Source: Chiloscyllium plagiosum (lineage: Eukaryota). Taken from it: DNA of 59,386 nt. The stretch's first letter is position 1. Every line of letters begins with the position of its first letter. The translations under genes and the position numbers were made by a program. Positions 23,290 through 33,694 of the stretch are shown piece by piece. The notes under the pieces are model-generated. The model was given only the letters and a program-made list of their open reading frames with translations. It was not told where the DNA came from and did not search any database. The stretch is taken from positions 3,990,809 to 4,050,194 of the forward strand of contig NC_057758.1 of the NCBI RefSeq assembly GCF_004010195.1, written 5' to 3'.

Positions 23290-24165
23290 TGTCACAAAGC
23301 TAGGCGCTAAACACTGTGACTCGACTCAAGGAGACTCTGTCCTTGATTCATTCTTCAGAGCGGCAATAAACCGGGCCGTGTTCTGATCAGAGTGGTGCTG
23401 GAAAAGCACAGAAGGTCATGCAGCATCCAAGGAGCAGGAAAATCAAAGTTTCAGGCAAACGCTCTTCATCCAGAAGTCCTTCCTGATGAAGGGCTTTTGC
23501 CCGAACCGTCGATATACCTGCTCCTTGAATACCGTTTGACATGCTTTGCTTTTCCAGCACTATTCTAATCCAGACTCTGACGTCCGGCATCTGCAGTCCT
23601 CAGTTTCACCTTTGCTGGGCTCCGATCACTCTGGTTTGGTAAATAGATGAAAATACTATTAAGAGATCATTTGTTGATGTGTAAACAGATGAGTCTTCAC
23701 AGCAAAGTGGTCATTGTTTGGAAGTGACATGTATACTGAAAGGGGAGTGGTCAGCTCTTCAGCTGAGCTGAGCAGTTTTAGTTCAGTCTTGAACTGGGAC
23801 GTTCAAGAAGGAGCTGTGAGGAAACTCTCTCTCTTTTCTACACATCAACTCCAACTTGTAAGCACGTGTTCCATTTATACTGTTTCTTTTGAAGGGAGTT
23901 CGCTTATTGCGACTGTTGTGTATATTCGGAAGAGCATAATTAAGTCTATTTGGATAGATTGAGTTCTGTAGGGGTTCTTTATTCTCTTCTTTCTGTTCCA
24001 TTGTGCAATTTTATGATTTTCTTTCTCTGTTTTGAAATCAAGGAGTCAACCTAGCTATATTACTCATTGTAATTTTGCCTGTACCCTACCGGAACAAATT
24101 GCAAATTTATGATCTGGGGCTGCCTGCTTACGAATGTTTTGAGTGGTCTGTCCGAGTCCATGACA
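23290..24165 (+). mobile_element. 5' LTR of a Gypsy (Gmr1-like) retrotransposon
   Basis: TGTCA...TGACA inverted termini (23290, 24165), followed after 3 nt by a tRNA-Pro-like PBS; contains a nested palindromic element. Confidence 0.75.
23387..23612 (-). mobile_element. Older copy of the palindromic Penelope-related element, nested in the LTR
   Basis: GCTGGAAAAGCACAG...GCAGCATCC arm mirrored by ...GCTTTTCCAGC; central CTGATGAAGGGCTTTTGCCCGAACCGTC; the CTGCAGATG leader lies on the minus strand at the right end. Confidence 0.8.
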
Positions 24166-24168
24166 GAT

Positions 24169-24187
24169 TGGGGGCTCTTTGCAGGAT
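24169..24187 (+). promoter_or_regulatory. Degenerate primer-binding site (tRNA-Pro type)
   Basis: TGGGGGCTCTTTGCAGGAT versus canonical TGGGGGCTCGTCCGGGAT, directly after the LTR end. Confidence 0.7.
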
Positions 24188-26437
24188 TTTACGCAGCGAG
24201 TTGTAGATGTCAGTATCTTTATATCGGATGAGGGTTTGGTTCGATGCACAAAAATTGGGATAGGAATCGTTCTTTCAGTCGTCAAAAGTTTTGTGGGTGT
24301 ATATGCGGTGACCTTGCAAGATTTGCACAAAGTGAAGAACACAAAGTTGCAAGAATTATCAGAGAAGCTGTAATTGTAATTGGCTGCTTCTGTGAGAAAA
24401 AGAGAGATAATTACAGTAGTCGCTCATCATTTACACTTGCTCGAGAAACACTCAGGATCCAGACAATCTGCAAATGAAGCAGATTGACTTAGAGGCAAGA
24501 GATAAGGAAAGGGCAGCAGATAAGAAACAGTTTGAGTTCCGATTAAAAGCAGACTAAAGAGAAAAATATCAACACAACAGAGAGAAAATGAGAGCGTGTT
24601 TGAATACAAAAAACAGACACTTCAAAAAGGAAAGTCAGGTTAAAAGGTTGGAGGGTCGGCTCAGTGACAAAGTTGTGCAAACTCATGTGGAAGAGCCGAG
24701 AGCCAAAACAGCAAGGTTTGCAGCTGAATTGGCTGATGGTTATCAGTCCATAAGGGATTCGAAAACTGGAGCAAAGATGAATCCTTCTGTGGAAAGGGAA
24801 AGCTAGATCTCAGTATAAGTCTTGAGGATAACTTACCTCGGGGCAAAGAACAAACTCTTGTGATGCGGAAAGAAGTTAAAAAGCTCCGGTGTTTTTATTG
24901 TAATATAGTGGGCCAGGCAGAATCACAGTGTTGGTGGGCTATGAGAAAGCCAGATGTAGGAAAATCAGACAAGCCTGGAAGATTTGTTGGACTTGGAACA
25001 AAAAGAGCAAGGGACGTTAGACACCTGCCAAAGATACACAATATGACCAGAGGTTGTTTTAGCGGGAAGTGCAAGATCTGTTTATACATATAAACATGCA
25101 AGGGTAAAGTGAATTCACACAGGCAGGAGTAATAGATAAGTTGGTTACAATATTAAGGGACACAATATCCTTTCTAATGCTGAATGATGAGGGGGTGTAC
25201 ACTCCTGTGAGAATATTGTCAGAGAAGGTACTGGTAACAGGAATTAATGCTGAGACAAAAAAAGTTCTCATTTATGCAAAGTGAGGCTAGACAATGCAGA
25301 CAATTGGAGAATTTGTTGAGTACGCGACAAACTCTCAGCTTCACGAATACAATTTGTCCTTGCAAATGAAATGGCTGATTCATGGGTAGCGTGCTGCCTA
25401 CTGTAGTTGAAAAGGCAGTGGAGATGCAGGCAACTGAAGACATGGAGAATGTTTATTAAGGACTTTTCCGTAATTGTGTGATCAGAAGATCACAAATGCA
25501 TAAGATGAATCAGGAGAGATCAAAAGGCACAGATAAGAAGCTGACACAGTGTCACCTGAAACACACTGTGATCAGGTAAGTGGAACAGAGAAGGAGTAAA
25601 TCGGTAAACATGCAAACATCTTTAGCTCTACGATGCTGATTGAATTACAGCAGGAAGATGAGGAGTTAAAACAGCTATATCAAAAGGCATCCACAATGAA
25701 AGAAAGAAAGTGTTACTACTTAAGAAATTATGTCTTCATGAGGAAATGGAGGCCATCACACATTCAAAGAGATGAGAAAAATGCAGAGATTCTTCAAATT
25801 GTTTTGCCGAGAGGGTCTAGAAAAGATGTGCTGCGAATGGCGTATGAGCAAGCGCTTTGAGATCATTTAGAGATTACGAAAACAGAGAGTAAAATACAAA
25901 CACATTTTTACTGACCTGGAATAATCAACTATGTCATTGAAGTTTAGAAGGCGTGTCATACATGTCAGCTAATCGGAAAACCACAGGCAGGAATAAAATC
26001 TGCACCGTTAGTAGCTATTCCAGCATTTGATGAAACTTTATCAAGAGTCTTGCCTGATTTTATAGGTCCCCTACCTCAAACAAAAGTGGAATAAGTATTT
26101 ATTAACAATAATGATTGTGTCGACTAGATTTCTTGAGGCAATCCCATTATTCAATACCATTGCAGAAGAATTGCTTGATTTTCTTTATTTGATACAGACT
26201 ACGAATAGAGATCCAGTCAGAGCAACGATCAAAATCCACATCCAAACTATTCAACTCAGTTATGGATAACTTGTGAATTAAAAAATTTAAATCGACTGTG
26301 TACCATCCGTAATCGCTGGGAGCGCAAGAGAGATGGCATCATCTACCACAGACCACGTTGAGGACTTATGGGAAGGATTTTGCAGTTGGTTGGGTTAAGG
26401 GAGCTCAGTTTATAACTTTTGCAATCACACATGCACT

Positions 26438-26630
26438 GATTAGATTAGATTAGATTACTTACAGTGTGGAAACAGGCCCTTCGGCACAACAAGTCCACTC
26501 CGCCCCGCCGAAGCGCAACCCACCCATACATTTACCCCTTACCTAACACTACGGGCAATTTAGCATGGCCAATTCATTGACCTGCACATCTTTTGGACTG
26601 TGGGAGGAAACCGGAGCATCTGGAGAAAAC
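26438..26630 (-). mobile_element. HE1-like V-SINE 3' half (cut by gap)
   Basis: (GATTA)n tail and body nearly identical to the copy at 27278-27590. Confidence 0.85.
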
Positions 26631-27277
26631 NNNNNNNNNNNNNNNNNNNNNNNNNNNNNNNNNNNNNNNNNNNNNNNNNNNNNNNNNNNNNNNNNNNNNN
26701 NNNNNNNNNNNNNNNNNNNNNNNNNNNNNNNNNNNNNNNNNNNNNNNNNNNNNNNNNNNNNNNNNNNNNNNNNNAGGGAAGGAAAACAAGAGGAGAAGGG
26801 GTTAATAATTACAGAAACGAAGGAAAAACCATGTTCAGAGGATTCTGAATTGGATATACCTCAAATTAAATTGGACAATGAGGACGTTGTAAACAAATAG
26901 GTTTTTATTATTGAGTTACCTTTCACAAGAAAATCGAAATGACCTTTAATTCGATATTGCTATCAAATGGGGAGATATGCGGAAAGAAACTGGGAATTAT
27001 TAACCTTATTATGCTTGATGTAGATACGGAAGATGCTGTTCCGATGAAGCAGACGAATAGAGATCCAGTCAGAGCAACGATCAAAATCCACATCCAAACT
27101 ATTCAACTCAGTTATGGATAACTTGTGGATTAAAAAATTTAAATCGACTGTGTACCATCCGTAATCGCTGGGAGCGCAAGAGAGATGGCATCATCTACCA
27201 CAGACCACGTTGAGGACTTATGGGAAGGATTGGGTTAAGGGAGCTCCGTTTATAACTTTTGCAATCAGACATGCACT

Positions 27278-27590
27278 GATTAGATTAGATTAGATTACTT
27301 ACAGTGTGGAAACAGGCCCTTTGGCACAACAAGTCCACTCCGCCCCGCCGAAGCGCAACCCACCCATACATTTACCCCTTATCTAACACTACGGGCAATT
27401 TAGCATGGCCAATTCATTGACCTGCACATCTTTTGGACTGTGGGAGGAAACCGGAGCATCCGGAGAAAACCCACGCAAACACGGGGAGAACGTGCAAACT
27501 CCACACAGTCAGTCGCTTGAGGCGGGAATTGAACCCGGGTCTCTGGCGCTGTGAGGCAGCAGTGCTTACCACTGTGCCACCGTGCCGCCC
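27278..27590 (-). mobile_element. Well-preserved full-length HE1-like V-SINE
   Basis: Minus strand GGGCGGCACGGTGGCACAGTGG (A box), GGTTCAATTCC (B box), TGTGTGGAGTTTGCACGTTCTCCCCGTG V-domain and (TAATC)n tail. Confidence 0.92.
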
Positions 27591-29859
27591 ACACGGTGAT
27601 GGAATGGAGAAAAATAAATCAGTTCATTTGAACTTGATTAAGGAGAAATCAATAAGTCAGAATTCAGAGGTGACCCATTTGGAATATGTGTCAAGTTTTA
27701 GAGTAAAATGAAATGGAGCTGGAGTGTTGGCTGGACAGAATTTAAAAGTAGCACAGCATACAATGAAACAGGAAGCGGAGAAGAAATCACAAAGTCGCAA
27801 TTTTGCAACTGGGGATAAGATATTGGTGTTACTTCCAGTAACTTGAGCCTTCAAAACCAAGATTTAGTGGACCTTTTAAAATTGAGAAGAAATCGAGTGA
27901 GTTGAATTACTTGATAACGACTCCAGACAGGAAGAAATGTCTCACAGTGTGTCATATGAATACATTCAAAATAGGGAAGGAAAGCAAGAGGAGAAGGAGT
28001 AAATAATTACAGTAACGAAGGAAAAACCATGTTCAGAGGATTCTGAATTGGATATACCTCAAATTAAATTGGACAATGAGGACGTTGTAAACAAATAGGC
28101 TTTTATTATTGAGTTACCTTTCACAAGAAAATCGAAATGACCTTTAATTCGATATTGCTATCAAATGGAGAGATATGAGGAAAGAAACTGGGAATTATTA
28201 ACCTTATTATGCATGATGTAGATACGGAAGATGATGTTCCAATAAAGCAACATCCTTATCGCTTTTACCCTCAAAAGTTGGCATAGGTTCAGAAGGAGTT
28301 ACAAAGCATGCTCCAAGACGGCATAATCGAAGTGAGTTGCAGTGACTGAGCTCAGCCATAGTCATGGAGCCAAAGCCAGATGGCACCCAATGGTTATGTG
28401 TAGAATTTCGCAATGTTAACGCCATTACAAAGACTGATGAATTTCCAGTTCCATGGATGGAGGACTGCGTCGAAAAGATGGGGCAAGCAACTTACTTTTC
28501 TAAGTTGGACTTGCTCAGAGGCTACTGATAAGAACCGCTGTCATAGACAGCAAAGACAATTTCGGCCCTCATAACGCCAAATGAACTATATAATTTCAAA
28601 GTTATGACGTTTAGTACGAAAACGTTCCAGTCACATTTCAGAGATTTTCGGTTTTCCTCTCCAAAGCACAATCTGTCTCTAACGGATGTCTCTCGCAGTT
28701 TTCTTTTGCAAATATATTGGTAGTCATTCGAAGGCATGCAGCAGAGGTAAATTGAACTGGATCTGAGTCCGGGCAGTGTTTAATATTATTATTGTAATCA
28801 CAAGGTTCGGTTGATTTACAAAATAGTGGGATGACGATTCTGCCAATTAAAATCATTTCATGTCTGTAAATGAAAATTCCAACTGCTGCATGTTCTACTC
28901 TTCCCAAAAGAATTTTAAAAAAAACACTTTGACGTTTGGAATTATTACTGAATGATTTCATTCAAAATAGGAACGAAATAAACATGTTTTAAATAAAATT
29001 GTTACTTGAATTTCCCTTTATAGAGCACATTGAAATCCACAATAAAATCAAGCATTTTTGTCTCAGCAACATGACAGGGAATTCATGTCTGCCAAACATG
29101 GTGATTATATTGTAAAGGTGGCAAGCAGGACAAATAGGAATATTTTAGATGTGACATAATTGGATTTTCAAATACGTTTGTTGCGGTACTGCACATAAAG
29201 CTAACAATAAGACAAGTGCTCATGGAGAACAGCGTGGATAGTGAACTAGCTGACTCATAGAATGTTAGGAACCTTTTTGACATGCCGAAATGCTGGTTTA
29301 CAATTATTTCCAAGATACATTAAGTGTGACAATGGCACATAGAAGTATGACCTTAAATGTTGAGCATTTGGTAGAATGCATCCAAAGAGAGAAGCAGGAA
29401 CTAAATTCTTTGGCAAGTCGGAGATTTGGACTTCCCTGCTCTAATTGACAAACAAGGTTTTCTTGTTCAACCCTGCTTTCTTAATCAGAATTTCACCTTT
29501 TGTTTGTAACAAATCCAAATGTTTCTCCTCAGTTCGCAGTCAACTTAAACTGACTGGAGTCAACTTGATACAATAAAGTAAATTCAGTCCATGCTGAGAT
29601 GTGACAGCAGATTATTGAGATTGAGAATGATAACAAGTGTTTTCAAATTTCCAAGACTTCTCTGACAGAACGGACAGCGACAACGTGACATTTCATTCCC
29701 CCAGATTGTTTAGGAATTATGTCCGAAAGGTCCGAAAGGTCAGTGTTACTCGATATTATATAATGAATTCATTCAGAAGCAAATCCACAAAAAAAAATAT
29801 ATGAGGCAACAGAGCGTCATATTTCTTTTTTTAAAATGTCTGAGTCGTGGAGAGTCTGT

Positions 29860-30200
29860 CATTCAACGTTGATCCTGAAATTCCAAAGAATATTTGTCCT
29901 TGCAGTAAATATCACCAACAGTTCACGCTGGACCATCCCGGTCGAATCAACAGTCAAGAAAGCACACGAACGCCTTGATTCCCCAGGCAGTTAGGGAAGG
30001 TCAGCATATTTTCAATGCCTCTCACATAGTTTTATGGATACACCATAGACAGCCTCTGATCTAGAGCCAGCACAGCTGGTTATAGCAACTACTCTGCCTA
30101 AGAGCTAGAGATTGCACATAATTATGAATGCAGCCCAAACCATCGCGAAAAACAACCCTTCATTCCATTCACTCCATCTACACAACCCTCTACCTCGTGA
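29860..30200 (+). mobile_element. Old Rex1/Babar-like LINE 3' fragment
   Basis: Decayed W..PVESTVKKAHERL...RQLGK...FYGYTIDS....TAGYSNYSA..........MNAAQTI resembles the Rex1 C-terminal consensus. Confidence 0.65.
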
Positions 30201-30579
30201 GCTCTTGTGGAGGCTCACACATAGATGTCTCTGCAAGTGAGTATTTTCTTTTTAATAGAAGTTTGAAAATTGTCTGCTGGACCACTTGAGAATAAGTCTT
30301 TTCTTTAAAATTTGGTTGCGCAGTGAATAAATTTCTTTCAGAATTACATTTTTGAATTTGTTATTTATTGTGTTTTAATTTTCTGCGTGCTTAATATTAA
30401 ATATTTTCGTTAGAAAAGTCAGTTTATTCTACATATAATATGCTACTGAAAGCTTCTTTTCATATTCAATGGCATTGAGGGTATACAACAGACAGAGAAT
30501 GAAATGGCTAGCAGATTTAGATATGTGATACAGAGCAGGATCAGTCTAAGAGTATAGTTCAGAAGTCTCTTTCACACAG

Positions 30580-32790
30580 ATGCTCAGTTTTAGGTACTGT
30601 TGAAATGGATAGTCCCTGAGAAAGAATAAAAAGGAATGGATAGTCAGATGAGAACAATGAATTGTATTTTAGTCGGGATTTAATAAAATGTAAATGTCTA
30701 ATTGTTTGAGCGGATACCACTGCCAAGGATACAGACACAAGACACTATGGTAGTGGCAGTAAATCTAGGATAGTACGCTGCTTTTTTAGTGCCAGGCTTA
30801 AAGGCACAAAAAATAATTATATTGTAGAAGAGGAAAGTGCGATCCCAGAAGCTATTATTCGCGTTAATGGAATAAGGCAGTTAGAGAAACGTTTCAGGCT
30901 TCGCAGTTATGTAAGATGATCCGTAGAAGATTTAGAAACGGAAACTCATAATTATCAACCTCTGGTTTACTCCGCTTTCCAAGCTCAAATGAGGGAAAGA
31001 ATAAAAATACTAAGAGATAAATCAATGGCTGAAGAGTTGATGCAATGTTAAGCGATTCGGTATTCCAATCATTGGGATCCCCGTCTGGGGAAGAAAAGGT
31101 TATGAAAAAATACGTTACACCTGTATGAAAGGAAGCAATAACGGAGCAAAGGATTTGCTAGTTTTACCAAGGAAGACTGAGGCAAATTAAAGAGTCGGTG
31201 TGAAATACAACAAGTTGCAGATTAAATAGAAATATATATAAGAATATATTTAGAACTCAAAGTCTTACTTTACTTATTAAAGACAGATAACATCAATTAA
31301 GAGAACGAACTGACTGTGAAAAAAAAATCTACAAAACTGCATTTAGTTCAATGCAAGTGTGCACATCGGTCAGGCAAATGAACTCAGGGCATGTTTGGAA
31401 AATGAAATTAGGACGTTGTAATTGTTTTAGAAACTTTAATGAGGGATTGACAGGACTGTTTCATAAATGTACCGGGTCGCAGGTGTCATTGCAAGGATAG
31501 AAAAAGAGGGAANNNNNNNNNNNNNNNNNNNNNNNNNNNNNNNNNNNNNNNNNNNNNNNNNNNNNNNNNNNNNNNNNNNNNNNNNNNNNNNNNNNNNNNN
31601 NNNNNNNNNNNNNNNNNNNNNNNNNNNNNNNNNNNNNNNNNNNNNNNNNNNNNNNNNNNNNNNNNNNNNNNNNNNNNNNNNNNNNNNNNNNNNNNNNNNN
31701 NNNNNNNNNNNNNNNNNNNNNNNNNNNNNNNNNNNNNNNNNNNNNNNNNNNNNNNNNNNNNNNNNNNNNNNNNNNNNNNNNNNNNNNNNNNNNNNNNNNN
31801 NNNNNNNNNNNNNNNNNNNNNNNNNNNNNNNNNNNNNNNNNNNNNNNNNNNNNNNNNNNNNNNNNNNNNNNNNNNNNNNNNNNNNNNNNNNNNNNNNNNN
31901 NNNNNNNNNNNNNNNNNNNNNNNNNNNNNNNNNNNNNNNNNNNNNNNNNNNNNNNNNNNNNNNNNNNNNNNNNNNNNNNNNNNNNNNNNNNNNNNNNNNN
32001 NNNNNNNNNNNNNNNNNNNNNNNNNNNNNNNNNNNNNNNNNNNNNNNNNNNNNNNNNNNNNNNNNNNNNNNNNNNNNNNNNNNNNNNNNNNNNNNNNNNN
32101 NNNNNNNNNNNNNNNNNNNNNNNNNNNNNNNNNNNNNNNNNNNNNNNNNNNNNNNNNNNNNNNNNNNNNNNNNNNNNNNNNNNNNNNNNNNNNNNNNNNN
32201 NNNNNNNNNNNNNNNNNNNNNNNNNNNNNNNNNNNNNNNNNNNNNNNNNNNNNNNNNNNNNNNNNNNNNNNNNNNNNNNNNNNNNNNNNNNNNNNNNNNN
32301 NNNNNNNNNNNNNNNNNNNNNNNNNNNNNNNNNNNNNNNNNNNNNNNNNNNNNNNNNNNNNNNNNNNNNNNNNNNNNNNNNNNNNNNNNNNNNNNNNNNN
32401 NNNNNNNNNNNNNNNNNNNNNNNNNNNTGATTTTGATTAAGGGAAATATAACTGTTTAACGAAAATAGATTTCTGAAAAATCGTTCAATGAAAACGTATG
32501 GATTGTACCAAGAATTAAATAGGGAATGATTATTTTGATGGACTTGTGCACTGGAGCTCGCAAACCTCACAAGAAATTGAGGAAGAAATATGTCGAGAGA
32601 TCGCAGATATAATTAAGAATAAAACAGTTATAAGAGTACGAATTTGTGTGGTTCAACGCATTGACTGGTGCAACTATAGTGATAAAGGTTTGGACGGTGC
32701 AGGACTTGTTAATTGTGTTAAATAAAATTTTCTTCCTGAATATATAAAGTTTCCATCCACAGAATGAATAAGACTAAATCGTCTCCTGGG
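30580..32790 (+). mobile_element. Very old CR1 5' region (ORF1 esterase-like domain and start of the ORF2 endonuclease), spanning gap 31513-32427
   Basis: Remnants of CCLPGAR, ISGLLP and DGLHL (ORF1), and CI.FNA....GQANELRA (ORF2 start). Confidence 0.6.
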
Positions 32791-32794
32791 TATT

Positions 32795-33194
32795 AAGAAC
32801 AAAACACATACAACATACAACCTCACAGTGCAGATTAGGCCCTTCGACAATCGATGTTACCCCGACCTCTGAAACCAATCTGCAGCCCGTTTTATCGACA
32901 CTATTCCATTTTCATCCATACGTTTATCCACTGACCACGTAAATGACCTTAAATCTGGCGAATCTACTATTGTTGCTGGCTGTCCGATCCGCATTCCTCC
33001 TACTGTCTGAATAAAGAAACTACCTCTGACGTCTTTCTGATATCGAACGCAACTCAATTTAATGCTATGTCCCTTCATGCCAGTCATTACCACTCGAGGA
33101 AAAAGGTTGTCACTGTCCACCCTATCTAACCCTCTAATTGTCTTATATGTCTCAATTAAGTCACATTTCAGCCTTCTTTTCTATAACGAAAATG
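32795..33194 (-). mobile_element. CR1 LINE 3' fragment
   Basis: DSDNLFPRVVMTGMKGHSIKL....YQKDVRGSFFIQ on the minus strand; CR1 tail at 32795-32850. Confidence 0.85.
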
Positions 33195-33694
33195 NNNNNN
33201 NNNNNNNNNNNNNNNNNNNNNNNNNNNNNNNNNNNNNNNNNNNNNNNNNNNNNNNNNNNNNNNNNNNNNNNNNNNNNNNNNNNNNNNNNNNNNNNNNNNN
33301 NNNNNNNNNNNNNNNNNNNNNNNNNNNNNNNNNNNNNNNNNNNNNNNNNNNNNNNNNNNNNNNNNNNNNNNNNNNNNNNNNNNNNNNNNNNNNNNNNNNN
33401 NNNNNNNNNNNNNNNNNNNNNNNNNNNNNNNNNNNNNNNNNNNNNNNNNNNNNNNNNNNNNNNNNNNNNNNNNNNNNNNNNNNNNNNNNNNNNNNNNNNN
33501 NNNNNNNNNNNNNNNNNNNNNNNNNNNNNNNNNNNNNNNNNNNNNNNNNNNNNNNNNNNNNNNNNNNNNNNNNNNNNNNNNNNNNNNNNNNNNNNNNNNN
33601 NNNNNNNNNNNNNNNNNNNNNNNNNNNNNNNNNNNNNNNNNNNNNNNNNNNNNNNNNNNNNNNNNNNNNNNNNNNNNNNNNNNNNNNNNNNNNN

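Larger units (their letters stand above)
3870..25975 (+). repeat. Left arm of a large inverted segmental duplication
   Basis: Colinear reverse-complement match to 33695-59386. Anchors: 3870 AACTGATAACTTTACC vs 59386; 25961-25975 CATGTCAGCTAATCG vs 33695. Paired ORFs are seen throughout the ORF track. Confidence 0.95.
26201..28250 (+). repeat. ~1.2-kb imperfect tandem duplication inside the Gypsy element, with the first unit spanning gap 26631-26774
   Basis: 26201-26630 matches 27053-27470 and 26775-27050 matches 27973-28250, with scattered substitutions and a 12-bp indel. Confidence 0.85.
24188..28645 (+). mobile_element. Decayed internal region of a Gmr1-like Gypsy element: gag (zinc knuckle), protease, integrase, then RT
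   Basis: CFYCNIVGQAESQCW knuckle (~24890), VTILRDT protease site (~25145), LQQEDEEL...QIVLP...VLRMAYE and DFIGPLP...LLTIM..STRFLEAIPL integrase (25630-26150), then PIKQHPYR, PKPDGTQWLCVEFRNVN and FSKLDLLRGY RT (28240-28640). Confidence 0.85.

Noticed and set aside
26438..26458. Telomere-like repeat (GATTA)n
   Set aside because: It is the SINE 3' tail, not TTAGGG.
27520..27590. tRNA gene
   Set aside because: The A and B boxes belong to the tRNA-derived head of a SINE that continues into a V-domain and repeat tail.
29350..29710. Possible second gag-like remnant on the minus strand
   Set aside because: The resemblance is only vague, with no diagnostic motif, LTR or PBS that I could support.
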